NCBI GenBank assembly: GCA_036493475.1
Contig: DASXPS010000171.1
Coordinates: 1 to 26,929 of the forward strand
Direction of reading: 5' to 3'
Source of the DNA: Sporichthyaceae bacterium
GTDB lineage: Bacteria > Actinomycetota > Actinomycetes > Sporichthyales > Sporichthyaceae
Length of the DNA: 26,929 nucleotides
The first letter of the stretch is position 1. Each line of letters opens with the position of its first letter. This document shows positions 1-7,857 of the stretch, in pieces. A program made the translations under genes and the position numbers. The notes under the pieces were generated by a model. It saw nothing but the letters and a program-made list of their open reading frames with translations, had not been told where the DNA came from and ran no database searches.

Positions 1-2
1 CC

Positions 3-200
3 CACCACCTGGGCGGGCCCACCATCCGCGGCAACCTGGCCTGCTTGTGCCGCCGGCACCACCAGATCAAACAACTACCCGGCTGGACCATCACCCAGGG
101 CGAGCACGGGCAACTGAGCTTCACCACCCCCACCCGGCGCATCTACCGCACCCGACCACCCAACCCCGACGGCACCGAAGAACCCACCGAGACTCTGTGA
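3..200 (+). CDS. 3' end of a DUF222/REP13E12-family HNH endonuclease gene. The 5' end is cut by the window edge; stop TGA at 198-200.
   Basis: Frame-3 translation gives HHLGGPTIRGNLACLCRRHHQIKQLPGWTITQGEHGQLSFTTPTRRIY...TETL*. This matches the C-terminal HNH signature of DUF222 proteins (H..GG.T...NL..LC..HH..K...GW; 13E12 repeat family in mycobacteria). Confidence 0.55.
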   Translation, partial: HHLGGPTIRGNLACLCRRHHQIKQLPGWTITQGEHGQLSFTTPTRRIYRTRPPNPDGTEEPTETL

Positions 201-258
201 TCCGTCGTGTCCGTTTGTCTGTTCGTGCCGCTGGGAAGAGGCGCGAGTACAGCCTTGG

Positions 259-750
259 GTGAGGGAGGCGAGGACGGTGTCTGCAACCGTATCGAAGACC
301 GGGGCCGCCGCACTGCCCGGCTGGCTGCGCCCGGTCAACCGCGTGATGGTCCCGCTGCTCAATGTCGGACTGCCGATGGGTCCGGTGCGGGTGATCTCCG
401 TGCCCGGCCGCAAGTCCGGCCGGATGCAGACCACACCGGTCACCCCGTTCCAGGTCGACGGCACCACCTACATCGCGGCGCTCGACGACGCCCAGTGGGT
501 GAAGAACGCGCGGGCCGCCGGCTGGGCCGTATTGGCCCGCGGCCGACGACGCGGCGGGGTGCGGCTGGCCGACGTGCCCCTGGACGAACGGGTGGCAGTG
601 CTACGTCAGTTCCCCACGCTGGTGCCCCGCGGTGTCGCGTTCTTCGTCCGCACCGGCACGGTGCAACCGCCCGCCGATGCCGACGCCTTCGCGGCAGCGG
701 CCCCGTCGATCGCCGTGCTCCGCGTGGACCGCGTCGGGGCAGCCCCGTAG
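259..750 (+). CDS. Deazaflavin (F420)-dependent nitroreductase-family protein (DUF385, Ddn-like). The start is uncertain: ATG 259, GTG 277 or ATG 346.
   Basis: Motifs WLRPVNRVMVPLL and SVPGRKSGRMQTTPVTPFQVDGTTYIAAL are typical of the DUF385 / PPOX class F420-dependent family. 163-aa ORF. Confidence 0.75.
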   Translation: MREARTVSATVSKTGAAALPGWLRPVNRVMVPLLNVGLPMGPVRVISVPGRKSGRMQTTPVTPFQVDGTTYIAALDDAQWVKNARAAGWAVLARGRRRGGVRLADVPLDERVAVLRQFPTLVPRGVAFFVRTGTVQPPADADAFAAAAPSIAVLRVDRVGAAP

Positions 751-1338
751 TCAGCAATCCGCGGTGCAGCCGCGATCGCCGATCTTGGCGTGCTTGGCGG
801 CAACCGCGCTCGCCGGAGATCTGTCGTGGCCCTGCCGCCAGGCGTCGAGGTAGGGCCAGGGATAGACCTCGCCGCGGCGCACCCACCACTGGCCATGCTT
901 GGTCGGCCAGGAGATGCCGAAGTGCAGGTGCGATGGGCCGCCACGGGCGTCGCCGGAGCGGCCGACCGTGCCGAGCAACTGACCGGCGTGCACCCGCACG
1001 CCGGGGCGGATGCCACTCGCCACCGCGGACAGATGTGACCCGTAGTAGCGCACCCCGTCCACGCCGACGATCGACACCGAGCGCCCGCCGCGATCCGCCC
1101 CCCGATTCCTCCGCGAGTGCCAACGGTCCTTCGTCGAGACCTCATCGACGACGCCGTCGACCGGCGCGACGAACCCACAGCCAACCGGTGCGAACATGTC
1201 GGTCGCCGGGTAGTCATGGTGCACGTGCCCATAGCTGACGCGGTGTTGGCAGTCCAGCGGGAACACGTGCCCGGGCGGCGCGGGCGGGACCACGGTGAGG
1301 GTGGCGAGCAGCAATACGGGTAGTGCGGTCACTGGCAC
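751..1338 (-). CDS. Secreted M23-family metallopeptidase (peptidoglycan endopeptidase-like).
   Basis: N-terminal signal peptide MPVTALPVLLLATLTVV. M23 motifs HVHHDYPATD (HxxxD) and HLHFG (HxH). GTG start. Confidence 0.8.
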   Translation of the reverse strand: MPVTALPVLLLATLTVVPPAPPGHVFPLDCQHRVSYGHVHHDYPATDMFAPVGCGFVAPVDGVVDEVSTKDRWHSRRNRGADRGGRSVSIVGVDGVRYYGSHLSAVASGIRPGVRVHAGQLLGTVGRSGDARGGPSHLHFGISWPTKHGQWWVRRGEVYPWPYLDAWRQGHDRSPASAVAAKHAKIGDRGCTADC

Positions 1339-1392
1339 ACGTTACGCCGCGGCGACCTATCGCCGGCGGCCCCGCAGCGCAAGGATCCGTGC

Positions 1393-1812
1393 ATGAGCGA
1401 AATCGCTGACGCGAACCGCCGCCTCATCCAGTCCGCGTTCGACGCCTGGAGAGCCGGCACGGCGAACATCTCGGACCTGTTCGCCCCGACCATGGTGTGG
1501 CGGATTGAGGGCCACTCACTTGTGAACGGGGAGTACACCTCCGCGCAGGACTTCATCGACCTCGTCCTGCAGCCCTTCGGCGCCCGCTTCAGCACCGGCC
1601 AACGCTTCCGCCCGGTCAACATCCGCTCCGTGCTCGCCGACGGCGACACCGTTGTCGTCATCTGGGACGGACACGGCGTCGCCAACGACGACGTCCCCTA
1701 CGAGAACAGCTACGCCTGGATCATGCAGCTGCGCGACGGCAAGGTCATCGACGGCACCGCCTTCTTCGACAGCATCTCGTTCGACACCTTCTGGCAGCGC
1801 GTCAAACCGTGA
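1393..1812 (+). CDS. SnoaL-like / NTF2-fold protein (ketosteroid-isomerase-like).
   Basis: 139-aa ORF. SD AAGGA about 9 nt upstream of the ATG. Composition and motifs (DGDTVVVIWDGHGVANDDVPYENSYAWIMQLRDGKV) are typical of the SnoaL_2 / NTF2-like fold. Confidence 0.7.
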   Translation: MSEIADANRRLIQSAFDAWRAGTANISDLFAPTMVWRIEGHSLVNGEYTSAQDFIDLVLQPFGARFSTGQRFRPVNIRSVLADGDTVVVIWDGHGVANDDVPYENSYAWIMQLRDGKVIDGTAFFDSISFDTFWQRVKP

Positions 1813-2599
1813 GCGGCACCACGATCGCGCGGTAGTCAGGGAACGACCGCAGCCAACCGGCCGCGCGTCCGGTGTCCACGAACGCGGCGGTGGCGTAGAC
1901 GTCGGCCCAGAGCAGGCTGGGGCCGGCGACGGTCGCCGAGAGGACGCCACCGGCGGGCGCACCGGTTGCCGGGTCGACGATGTGGGCCCCGCGGGCGGCG
2001 GTCCCCGAGGTGGCGACGGCGCCGTTGCGCAGGGACAGCACGCGGAGCGTGCGCGATCGTCGGCGTGGGTCCTCGATGGCGATCCGCCAGTCCGGGGTGT
2101 CGCTACGCGCACAGCGCACGGCGATGTCGCCGCCCGCATTGATCAGCGTGTCATGCGGCCCGAGTTCGGCGAGCTGCGTGCAGAGCGCCTCGAAGGCCTG
2201 CTCCACCGCCCACCCCTTCACCAGTCCGCTGGGTTCGAAGGCTGGCCTGCCGTCGACGTCGGGCAGCCAGGCGCAGAACGCGCCATGGGTCCGCCTCGTC
2301 GCCTCCGCGCACAGCGCGACAACCTCCTGCACGCGCGGACCGGCCAGGTCCAGCCGTAGATCGCCGCGGCGGATCGCGCTGATAGTGCTGTCCGGACGGT
2401 ACGTGCTGAATGTGGCCTCGTCCGCGGCCAGCGTGGCGAACGCGAGGTGCACCAACGCGGCCACCTCGGCGCCGGTCGCGCGCGGGCCCCGCACGTGCAC
2501 GCTGATCGGCAGGCCCATCAGCTGCGCGACGAAGGCGCGGCGTGGTTGCTCGGTGCGGACCTCGCGGTGCAGCGGCCAGGCCGTCGCGCCGCCGCTCAC
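1802..2599 (-). CDS. apbE: FAD:protein FMN transferase (ApbE family).
   Basis: Motifs LMGLPISVHV, INAGGDIAV and ATSGTAARGAHIVDPATG are ApbE hallmarks. The GTG start overlaps the upstream stop (GTGA), indicating translational coupling. Confidence 0.85.
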   Translation of the reverse strand: MSGGATAWPLHREVRTEQPRRAFVAQLMGLPISVHVRGPRATGAEVAALVHLAFATLAADEATFSTYRPDSTISAIRRGDLRLDLAGPRVQEVVALCAEATRRTHGAFCAWLPDVDGRPAFEPSGLVKGWAVEQAFEALCTQLAELGPHDTLINAGGDIAVRCARSDTPDWRIAIEDPRRRSRTLRVLSLRNGAVATSGTAARGAHIVDPATGAPAGGVLSATVAGPSLLWADVYATAAFVDTGRAAGWLRSFPDYRAIVVPLTV

Positions 2600-3081
2600 A
2601 GGTGGGCCTGGTCGATCGCGGATTGCAGCGAGCTGATGTAGCCGTCGCTGGTCACTGTCGCGCCGGAGATCGAGTCGATGTTGGCGCTCTGCGCGCTAAG
2701 CGCGGCCTGGTTCAGGATCGGCAGCGCGTAGGCGTTGATCTGTTGGTCACGGAAGTTGTTGTGTGGGTATTCGATGGCCTGCGAGTTGGTGATCTTCCCG
2801 TTCTTCACGGTGATCTGGACCGCGACGATGCCCCAGCGGGTGTTCACCCGGGAGCCGGTGTAGGTCCCGGACGCGGTCTTGGTGGCGGGTGTGGTCTTGA
2901 CGGCGGGTGTAGATGAGGCCGCGTCATCGGTTGTCGTGTCCTCGACCGTGGTGGAGCCGGGGTCGGTCGGGGTGGCCGGTGTCGGCTGCGCGGCGGCCAC
3001 CGAGTTGGTGCTGGTGTGATAGCTGAACAGCAGCACCACGGCGCTGAGGGTGCTCATGAACCAGAACAGGATGCGGCGCAC
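2596..3081 (-). CDS. Membrane-anchored FMN-binding domain protein. Likely start GTG 3081 (SD GGGAG upstream); alternative ATG 3057.
   Basis: N-terminal TM segment RRILFWFMSTLSAVVLLFSY. Low-complexity Thr/Pro linker. C-terminal FMN_bind-type motif ISGATVTSDGY (the Thr that ApbE flavinylates). The long ORF 2596..3279 has an Arg-rich upstream extension and is probably not translated. Confidence 0.7.
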   Translation of the reverse strand: MRRILFWFMSTLSAVVLLFSYHTSTNSVAAAQPTPATPTDPGSTTVEDTTTDDAASSTPAVKTTPATKTASGTYTGSRVNTRWGIVAVQITVKNGKITNSQAIEYPHNNFRDQQINAYALPILNQAALSAQSANIDSISGATVTSDGYISSLQSAIDQAHL

Positions 3082-3095
3082 GGCGGGCTCCCTCA

Positions 3096-4532
3096 CTACC
3101 AGCTGAAGCGTTCGAGGTGGATGCATTCGGTGGGCACGCCTGCGTCGAGGGCGGCGCGGCGGGCGGCGTCCATCCAGGCCGTGGCACCGCAGATGTAGAC
3201 GTCGTGCTCGGCGATGTCCGGCACGATCGCCCGCAGCGCGGCGGCGTCCGACCACTGCGCGGCCTCGGCGGGCAGCCACGACATCCGACCGGTAAGCCGG
3301 GGACCGAGTAGGAACACCAGCTGGGCGCCGCGGGCGGCGGCCAACGCCTCCAGCTCGTTGCGCAGGATCACCTCGCGCTCGCTGTGCGCCCGGTAGATCA
3401 CGGTGACCTCGCCGGGGTTCTGCGGGAGCTCCTCCAGCAGCGCGCGCAGCGGTGTGATGCCGATGCCACCGGCGATCAACGTGACCTTGCGCCGGGTCCG
3501 CACCCCGGCGTGCAGCCGGCCGTACGGGCCCTCGATCGCGACCCGGGTGCCCGGGCGGAGGGTGGACAGGCCGCGGCTGTCGTCACCGAGGTCCTTGACG
3601 GTGATGCGGAGGGTGGCGCCGTTGGGTGCGGCCGACAGCGAGTACGGGTGGCCCTTGCTCGCACCGGCGCGGGTGAGGAAGCGCCAGATGAGGAACTGCC
3701 CGGCGGCGGTGGGTAACCGGTGCAGGTGACGACCCGTCATCTCTACCGACACCACCCCCGGCCCTTCCGGCAGCACGGCGGTGACCCGCAGGTCGTGGCG
3801 CAGCGTGCGGTACACCGGCACACCGACCCGCCAGATCAGCACCGCACCCGCGGCGGCCGCCCACAGCGTCCACCAGTACACCGTGGCCAGGTGGCCGGCG
3901 AGGAAGTCCTGACCGGTCCACAGCTGGTGCGGCAGCGCGAGGCCGACGCCGAGATAGGCGTAGAGGTGCAGTAGGTGCCAGGACTCGTAGCGCAGCTTGG
4001 CCCGGGCCCGCTTGATGCTGGTCGCGCTCACCATCACCAGCAGGGCGGAGCCCGCCACCGCGAGCAGCATGCCGGGGTAGTCGACGGTCAGCCGCCACGC
4101 CTCGACCAGCGCATTGCGGGCGTCCTGCCCGGCATAGCCCAGAGTGATCAGCACGATGTGAGTCAGCATCAGAAAGAATGAGGTGCAGCCGACCAGTCGG
4201 TGTCGCCGGGCCAACTCGTCCTGTCCGTAGACCCGCTCGATCACCGGCAGCCGGGCCATCAGCAGCACCTGGATGAGCAGCAGGTCCGCGGACACCAGGC
4301 CGGTGATGCGGCCAAGGCTGAGGTAGGTCTGGGTCGCGGAGTCCAGGTCGGTTGCCCCGCCGCCGCGCAGCCACAGCGCGACGACGATGAGCACGTTCGC
4401 CCAGGTCGCCAGCACGACGGCGTCGCGCCACCAGGTCGGCGTCAGCGGCCGGCGCTGTGGGCCGGTGGCGCGGTTGCGCGCGGGCCCCCCCGGCGCAGCC
4501 GCCGTTTGGTCCGCGGCATAAGTCGACATCAA
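3096..4532 (-). CDS. Ferric-reductase-like transmembrane flavocytochrome (FRE/NOX-type: TM heme domain plus FAD- and NAD-binding domains).
   Basis: 478 aa. About 6 TM helices with His pairs. FAD-binding HPYSL / RITVKDLGD. NAD(P)-binding VTLIAGGIGITP. C-terminal CGATAWMD. Stop TAG at 3096-3098. Confidence 0.85.
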   Translation of the reverse strand: MMSTYAADQTAAAPGGPARNRATGPQRRPLTPTWWRDAVVLATWANVLIVVALWLRGGGATDLDSATQTYLSLGRITGLVSADLLLIQVLLMARLPVIERVYGQDELARRHRLVGCTSFFLMLTHIVLITLGYAGQDARNALVEAWRLTVDYPGMLLAVAGSALLVMVSATSIKRARAKLRYESWHLLHLYAYLGVGLALPHQLWTGQDFLAGHLATVYWWTLWAAAAGAVLIWRVGVPVYRTLRHDLRVTAVLPEGPGVVSVEMTGRHLHRLPTAAGQFLIWRFLTRAGASKGHPYSLSAAPNGATLRITVKDLGDDSRGLSTLRPGTRVAIEGPYGRLHAGVRTRRKVTLIAGGIGITPLRALLEELPQNPGEVTVIYRAHSEREVILRNELEALAAARGAQLVFLLGPRLTGRMSWLPAEAAQWSDAAALRAIVPDIAEHDVYICGATAWMDAARRAALDAGVPTECIHLERFSW

Positions 4533-4737
4533 GTCCCCACCCGAACGATGCGCTCGGGCTGAGTCGCACGTGTTCCTACGATCGGCCGGCTGCCTTGGTG
4601 TTTCTTATGCGATGGCTGTACGACGGATCTGGTTCAGTGCTGAGCGTTCACCCAACAGGACGAATCCACGCATAGCGCCCGTGCGCTCAGGCGGAGATGA
4701 CTCTGGCCGGCGTGGTCGGGCCGGATGACAAGCTGAA

Positions 4738-5700
4738 TCAGGACAGCAGCGTGGCTTCCGGCTCGCTGGCGAAGGCCTCCCAATAGGCGGACGAGAATCC
4801 CGCCAGGTGCGGGAACCCCCAGCGCTGGGCGATGACCGCGACGGTCTCGGCGGCGGTGGGGTCGGCGGACTGGAGGTCGCGGTGGGCGGCCTCGAGGCGG
4901 ACCCGGGCCAGGTACGCCAGCGGCGTGGTGTCGAGCTGACGACGGAAGGCCGCGCGAACGGCCCGCGGAGTGCTGCCTGCAGTGTTGGCGATGTCAGCCT
5001 CGGTGATCGGCAGCGATGCGTGGGCGTCGATGTAGGCGACCGCGCGGCGCAGGGCCGGCGGACCGACGTCGCCCGGGCCGGGCACGTAGCCGCGACTGAC
5101 AGCGGTGTTGGGGAAAACAGAGATAGCGGTGGCGACGACCAGGTCGAACAGCGTGCGGTGGATGAGGGGGTTGGTGATCCGGGCGTCGCCGGCGTGAAGT
5201 TCGCGGTACAGCATGCGTGCGGTGGATGCCCACAGATCTGCTCGCTGCGGCATCGGCGCGGCCGCGGCGAAACGCAGATCGCCGGGTTCCAGGCCGGTGA
5301 GCGTCGCTGCGGCCTGATGCACCTCGTGCCAAGCCAGTCGCACCAACAGCACGTCGAAGTCCTGCCAGGTCGCACAGCAGGGTTCGTCCCGGAAGTGCAC
5401 CATCGAACCGCTTGCGCAGACGACCTCACCGGCACGCGGGAATTCGTAGCGCATCCGGCCGCCCAATGAGGTCAGCACCGTCATCTCCGGGAAGACGTCC
5501 ACCTCGGTGTCCGCGTGCAGGCCATGGTTGGTCACCCGGTCCACGGCCAGCGTGCCGGTTGCCATCGTGTCCACCCGCAGGTCGGCGTTGGACCCGCTGC
5601 CCGCGCGCCGCGCGCGCACCCCGACGTAGTTCTGGTCGAAGAAAGCGTGCGCCTCTTCGGCAGAGGTCGTCGCAAACTCGATGCGCTGCACCAGCCCCAC
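4738..5700 (-). CDS. AraC-family transcriptional regulator.
   Basis: C-terminal HTH region ...ITEADIANTAGSTPRAVRAAFRRQLDTTPLAYLARVRLEAAHRDLQ... is typical AraC/XylS. 320 aa. Confidence 0.8.
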   Translation of the reverse strand: MGLVQRIEFATTSAEEAHAFFDQNYVGVRARRAGSGSNADLRVDTMATGTLAVDRVTNHGLHADTEVDVFPEMTVLTSLGGRMRYEFPRAGEVVCASGSMVHFRDEPCCATWQDFDVLLVRLAWHEVHQAAATLTGLEPGDLRFAAAAPMPQRADLWASTARMLYRELHAGDARITNPLIHRTLFDLVVATAISVFPNTAVSRGYVPGPGDVGPPALRRAVAYIDAHASLPITEADIANTAGSTPRAVRAAFRRQLDTTPLAYLARVRLEAAHRDLQSADPTAAETVAVIAQRWGFPHLAGFSSAYWEAFASEPEATLLS

Positions 5701-5750
5701 CTTTGGCGCCTATCCCCGGCCGGACGTCGTATGCATCCGCACGCGACAAC

Positions 5751-5776
5751 GCCCCGCCCGATCTCTCGGGCGGGGC
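5751..5776 (-). terminator. Hairpin immediately 3' of tRNA-Phe: 10-bp perfect stem CCCCGCCCGA / TCGGGCGGGG with a 4-nt loop.
   Basis: Inverted repeat read directly at 5752-5775. No U-tract, which is common for mycobacterial terminators. Confidence 0.45.
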
Positions 5777-5787
5777 GATTTGGCCTG

Positions 5788-5861
5788 TGGCCAGGGGCGG
5801 GGTCGAACCGCCGACCTACCGCTTTTCAGGCGGTCGCTCGTACCAACTGAGCTACCTGGCC
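5788..5861 (-). tRNA. tRNA-Phe (anticodon GAA). CCA not encoded.
   Basis: Reverse complement reads GGCCAGGTAGCTCAGTTGGTACGAGCGACCGCCTGAAAAGCGGTAGGTCGGCGGTTCGACCCCGCCCCTGGCCA. Cloverleaf with anticodon loop CTGAAAA. Confidence 0.85.
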
Positions 5862-5916
5862 CCGTGCGGGACCCGGCGAGTCTAGTCGTCCCCAGTTGGT
5901 GCGCGTGCCGCGGTCG

Positions 5917-6189
5917 TTACCAGCGATGCTCGTCGCGCACGGTGCGCTGTTGCCCGACGCCTTGGTAGCGCGGGTCGCCGCTGGTGGTCTCGGTGATTTC
6001 CGTGCGCCGACCGCCGCCGACGCCGCCCCAGCTGCTCCAGAACACCATCGACAGCAGGATTCCCGCGGCACCGACGATCATCAGGATCACGCCGACCGAC
6101 TGCAGGTCGACGCCAGTCGTCGTCACGTTTACGGCCCAGGTCAGAATCGCGCCGACCGCGACCAGGAAGATGCCAACGCCCAGACCCAT
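5917..6189 (-). CDS. Small two-TM membrane protein (90 aa), hypothetical.
   Basis: SD GGAGG 7 nt upstream of the ATG at 6189. Two hydrophobic helices (GIFLVAVGAILTWAV; VGVILMIVGAAGILLSMVFW). Lies between tRNA-Asp and tRNA-Phe. Confidence 0.55.
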   Translation of the reverse strand: MGLGVGIFLVAVGAILTWAVNVTTTGVDLQSVGVILMIVGAAGILLSMVFWSSWGGVGGGRRTEITETTSGDPRYQGVGQQRTVRDEHRW

Positions 6190-6364
6190 GGTGGCCTCCG
6201 TCCGTCGTCCTCAGGGGCGTGTTGTTGTCCCCATGGCCTGCCCCGCAGTAGAGGTGGTAATCCACCGGTGGCGCAACGTCCGGGTTTGCCCGGCATCATC
6301 CGCGCTGGTCAGCGGGCAAACCAGAACGCCCCCGAACCGGGGTTCGAGGGCGGACGAGGTGGGG

Positions 6365-6439
6365 CGGTCCCGACGGGATTTGAACCCGCGACCTTCACCT
6401 TGACAGGGTGACGAGCACTCCAAACTGCTCTACGGGACC
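6365..6439 (-). tRNA. tRNA-Asp (anticodon GTC). CCA not encoded.
   Basis: Reverse complement reads GGTCCCGTAGAGCAGTTTGGAGTGCTCGTCACCCTGTCAAGGTGAAGGTCGCGGGTTCAAATCCCGTCGGGACCG. Confidence 0.85.
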
Positions 6440-6530
6440 TCGGCGCGGACAGTGTGACATACCTGCCGCACCGCCCGCGCACCCGTTCCATCTTGTGGTC
6501 CCGGAGCAGAGGCTGCCCGATCAGCGACCT

Positions 6531-6788
6531 TTATCGCTGAGTGCTGCCGCCACCGAGAATCTGGCTGAGCAGCTGGCCAACCGGGTCGCCGGGCGTCGGC
6601 GGAGCCGGTGCCGGTGCCGCGGGGGCGTTCGGCGGCTGCGAGTTCGGGTCGCCCGGGGCGGGCTGCGAGGGGCCGCCGGACTGGCCGGGCGGCGGCGGGG
6701 TGTCAGCGGCGCCGGCCGGACCGGCCGCCACTATCGGGCTGGCGAGGGCACCGGTAAGCACCAAGGCGCCGAGAGTAATCCTGCGCAT
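6531..6788 (-). CDS. Small secreted proline-rich protein (85 aa), hypothetical.
   Basis: Strong SD AAGGAGG 6 nt upstream of the ATG at 6788. Signal peptide MRRITLGALVLTGALASPIVAAGPAGA followed by a Pro/Gly/Ala-rich mature region. Lies between tRNA-Glu and tRNA-Asp. Confidence 0.55.
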   Translation of the reverse strand: MRRITLGALVLTGALASPIVAAGPAGAADTPPPPGQSGGPSQPAPGDPNSQPPNAPAAPAPAPPTPGDPVGQLLSQILGGGSTQR

Positions 6789-6930
6789 GAAGAACCTCCT
6801 TGATCGCAGGCGAAACCGTGCGTGATCAACGCACGCGGTCTACTCAAGGGCGTTCCCGGGGCGTGGTCGTGTCATGCGGGAATTCATCCCGGTTGCATCC
6901 ATTGGGTGCTATGTCACACCGCTCCGCGGG

Positions 6931-7003
6931 TGCCCCCAACGGGATTCGAACCCGTGCTACCGCCTTGAAAGGGCGGCGTCCTGGGCCACTAGACGATGGG
7001 GGC
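6931..7003 (-). tRNA. tRNA-Glu (anticodon TTC). CCA not encoded.
   Basis: Reverse complement reads GCCCCCATCGTCTAGTGGCCCAGGACGCCGCCCTTTCAAGGCGGTAGCACGGGTTCGAATCCCGTTGGGGGCA. Confidence 0.85.
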
Positions 7004-7072
7004 CCTAACCCCGGCGGCACCGGAGCCCGCGCCAGCATAGGCGGTCGGTGACCGGGCGGTGAGAATGGCTGG

Positions 7073-7423
7073 GTGCTGAACATTGACCGGGGCGAGTTCG
7101 AAGTCCTTGTATCCGAGGCACTGGATCTGCTGCCCGAGGAACTCACCGCGTTGATGAACAACGTCGCGGTGTTCGTGGAGGACGAGCCGCCGGCGGATGA
7201 CCCGGATCTGCTCGGCGTTTACGACGGCGTGCCACTGCCGGAACGCGACGGGTGGTACACCGGCGTGCTCCCGGATCGGATCACGATCTTCCGTTTCCCG
7301 ATCCTGCGCATCTGCAGCACCTCCGCCGAGGTCGTCGAGCAGGTGGAGATCACCGTGGTGCACGAGATCGCGCACCACTTCGGCATCGACGACGACCGGC
7401 TCGACGAACTGGGGTACGGCTAA
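7073..7423 (+). CDS. Small zinc metallopeptidase-family protein (HExxH; DUF1025-like).
   Basis: 116 aa. HEIAHHFG zinc-binding motif. Acidic N-terminal half. Confidence 0.7.
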   Translation: MLNIDRGEFEVLVSEALDLLPEELTALMNNVAVFVEDEPPADDPDLLGVYDGVPLPERDGWYTGVLPDRITIFRFPILRICSTSAEVVEQVEITVVHEIAHHFGIDDDRLDELGYG

Positions 7424-7857
7424 GGGGCCGGCCAATGAGTCGGCGGCAGGTTACGCGTCACGCCGAACGCCACGATGAGGGCGAGCAGACCCCACAATGC
7501 GGCGGGCGGGGCGACGCGGGTGGTGCGCGGCCGGCCGAGGTGGCGGCCGAGCCAGGCGACCCACGCCGCGGCCAGGTACGGCAGGGCCAGCACGGCCAGC
7601 ACGTTGCGGTGCACGGCGGTGGACAGGTCCCCGTGGGTGAGCGCGTGCATTGCGCGCAGTGACCCGCAGCCCGGGCACCACAGCCCGGTTATCGCGTGAA
7701 ACGGACAGCTCGGGTAGTGGCCGGGCTGTTCGGGATTGCGCACCGCGAGCACGCCGGCCGCGGTTATCGAGGCGGCCAATGTGGCCAACGGCGCGCACAC
7801 CGCGGGCACTCGGCGCGGTGCCGAGGCCGCGGTGCGTGGCGCGACGGCGAGGCTCAT
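7420..7857 (-). CDS. DUF2752-like membrane protein with a CxxC pair.
   Basis: MSLAVAP...CPFHAITGLWCPGCGSLRAM... plus hydrophobic helices. The ATG at 7857 overlaps the TGA stop of the upstream CD225 gene (ATGA), indicating coupling. The long ORF 7420..8430 extends upstream as an out-of-frame overlap with the CD225 gene and is treated as artefact. Confidence 0.65.
   Translation of the reverse strand: MSLAVAPRTAASAPRRVPAVCAPLATLAASITAAGVLAVRNPEQPGHYPSCPFHAITGLWCPGCGSLRAMHALTHGDLSTAVHRNVLAVLALPYLAAAWVAWLGRHLGRPRTTRVAPPAALWGLLALIVAFGVTRNLPPTHWPAP

Noticed and set aside
259-345. Whether the DUF385 gene starts at 259, 277 or 346.
   Set aside because: Not resolved. The conserved WLRPVNR segment lies upstream of ATG 346, so the longer form was kept, but the exact start is uncertain.
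207-1238. Long ORFs 207..1238 (+), 440..1123 (-) and 606..1232 (-) overlapping the DUF385 and M23 genes.
   Set aside because: Arg/Pro/Ala-rich translations typical of out-of-frame or antisense reading of high-GC coding DNA. They overlap genes that have clear family motifs.
3583-4569. 328-aa minus-strand ORF overlapping the ferric-reductase gene in another frame.
   Set aside because: GC-bias artefact. The FRE frame carries the recognisable TM, FAD and NAD motifs.
6211-6423. 70-aa ORF overlapping tRNA-Asp, and ORF 24464..25012 overlapping tRNA-Lys.
   Set aside because: They overlap confidently folded tRNA genes. No SD or start context.
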